Shown: positions 21,344 through 22,310 of the stretch, piece after piece
Layout of the letters: each line of letters opens with the position of its first letter
How positions within the stretch are numbered: the stretch's first letter is position 1
Assembly: GCF_006345805.1 (NCBI RefSeq)
Contig: NW_021836948.1
Span: 1 to 22,310 of the forward strand
From: Octopus sinensis
Lineage: Eukaryota
Direction: 5' to 3'
DNA: 22,310 nucleotides
Made by a program: the position numbers and the translations under genes
Notes under the pieces: model-generated
What the model saw: the letters and a program-made list of their open reading frames with translations, nothing else
The model's database searches: none
What the model was told of the DNA's origin: nothing

Positions 21344-21700
21344 TATAATCCATACATACATACATAAATACATACATAATATATATATATATATATATAT
21401 ATATACGCACACACACACACACATGTGTGTGCATGTGTGTGTACGTCATTTTATTTCAAGATTTATTGTCCATAGAGAAAGTGCCGGTTTCTAACCTAGA
21501 TTCAAGGCGCCTTCATTGGAATTTCAACATCAACAACAGGGTATTTTTGTTTGTTTGTATGCATGCATGTCTTTCTGCAAACATGTATGTATGTATGTAT
21601 GTATGTATGTATGTATGTATGTATGTATGTATGTATGTATGTATGTATGTATGCATGTATGTATGTATGTATGGATGGATGGATGGATGGATGGAGGGAT
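20829..21700. repeat. Microsatellite-rich block: (GATA)n 20829-20908, (GTAT)n ~21050-21120 and ~21585-21672, (TA)n ~21280-21405, (GGAT)n
   Basis: Direct reading. Confidence 0.93.
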
Positions 21701-22143
21701 GGAGTGGAGTGAAAACTTTTGTAGAAACCAGGACGACTCATGCAAAACTCAAAATAATTTTAAAGAAATTAACGAGCAAATGAATCCCCCAAAATTTCTT
21801 GTGTACACAATTTGTGACAAACTATGCCTTTCTTTTAAATGTCATTTGTGGACACATGAAAAACGAACCTTCACTAACTACTATGCCTAGCTTTTGTTCA
21901 TACCTGTCAATACCGTGTATGCCATAAAGTCTGCAAATTTAACGGAGGTCTCAAAAGACATTTTAAGATCCACAAAGATCGGAATTTAATTGTAGCTCTT
22001 GGTGGTCCGAAGCAGATATGCAATTTATGTGAGTGTCTTTTCAAGACATTATCTTGTTTTAAAAGCCACATCAGACGCCATGATAGATCTGCGGTATAAG
22101 TACAAGATATGGTCAAACTCTGTATAAGGAATAGACAACCACC
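21700..22143 (+). mobile_element. Degenerate RTE-like LINE 3' end with three C2H2 zinc-finger remnants, followed by a (TA)n tail
   Basis: WSGVKTFVETRTTHAKLK (cf. RTE 'G...FE..R....KR'), then [Y]TICDKLCLSFKCHLWTH, [Y]RVCHKVCKFNGGLKRHFKIH and CNLCECLFKTLSCFKSHIRRH; stop TAA at 22097-22099. Confidence 0.6.
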
Positions 22144-22184
22144 ATATATATGTATAAATATACATATATATATATATATATATA

Positions 22185-22310
22185 TAGGGAGAGTTTACGA
22201 AAAAACAAAAGACGAAGACAGGTGGTGTACAAAACAACCAGATGTATTAGTAAACGCTCAGGTTAGGAAAGGTCTTTACCGTTTCGAGCCTATGCTCTTC
22301 TACAAGGAAG
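22185..22310 (-). mobile_element. Probable Penelope-like terminal repeat fragment with degenerate hammerhead motif (runs off the window)
   Basis: Minus: UUGUAGA-A-GAGC-AUAG-GCUC-GAAA-CGGU; abuts (TA)n. Confidence 0.45.

Noticed and set aside
21450-21545. Short unique segment before (GTAT)n as a LINE 3' tail
   Set aside because: Resembles a repeat I recall from octopus, but there is no second copy or coding evidence in the window.
1-22310. CRISPR arrays, operons or other prokaryotic systems
   Set aside because: Sequence is clearly eukaryotic repeat-rich DNA with no repeat-spacer periodicity.

Overview
Eukaryotic, AT-rich DNA saturated with microsatellites and transposon relics. The SINE families look like octopod cephalopod (Octopus) repeats; this is recognised from memory, not from a search. 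I find no intact host protein-coding gene, and nearly all ORFs in the track are translated simple repeats. Main observations: (1) A 572-bp foldback retroelement (3455-4026) with a perfect 12-bp TSD joins a tRNA-like Pol III head to a Penelope-type minimal hammerhead ribozyme, intact at 3894-3939 and dead in the other arm. (2) Two strongly diverged copies (7280-8358, 17626-18746) of an ORF1-only, HAL1/Tx1-like retroelement carry a CCHC knuckle and an unrecognised C-terminal domain. Both are joined at the same nucleotide of the A-box region of the dominant SINE, suggesting a sequence-specific SINE-targeting parasite. (3) Other relics include a Penelope-like endonuclease fragment, a mariner made of two left ends, a hAT/Charlie MITE, a CR1-like fragment and an RTE-like 3' end with three C2H2 fingers. 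(4) There is a candidate minus-strand TATA promoter with non-coding exons near 4.4-5.0 kb.
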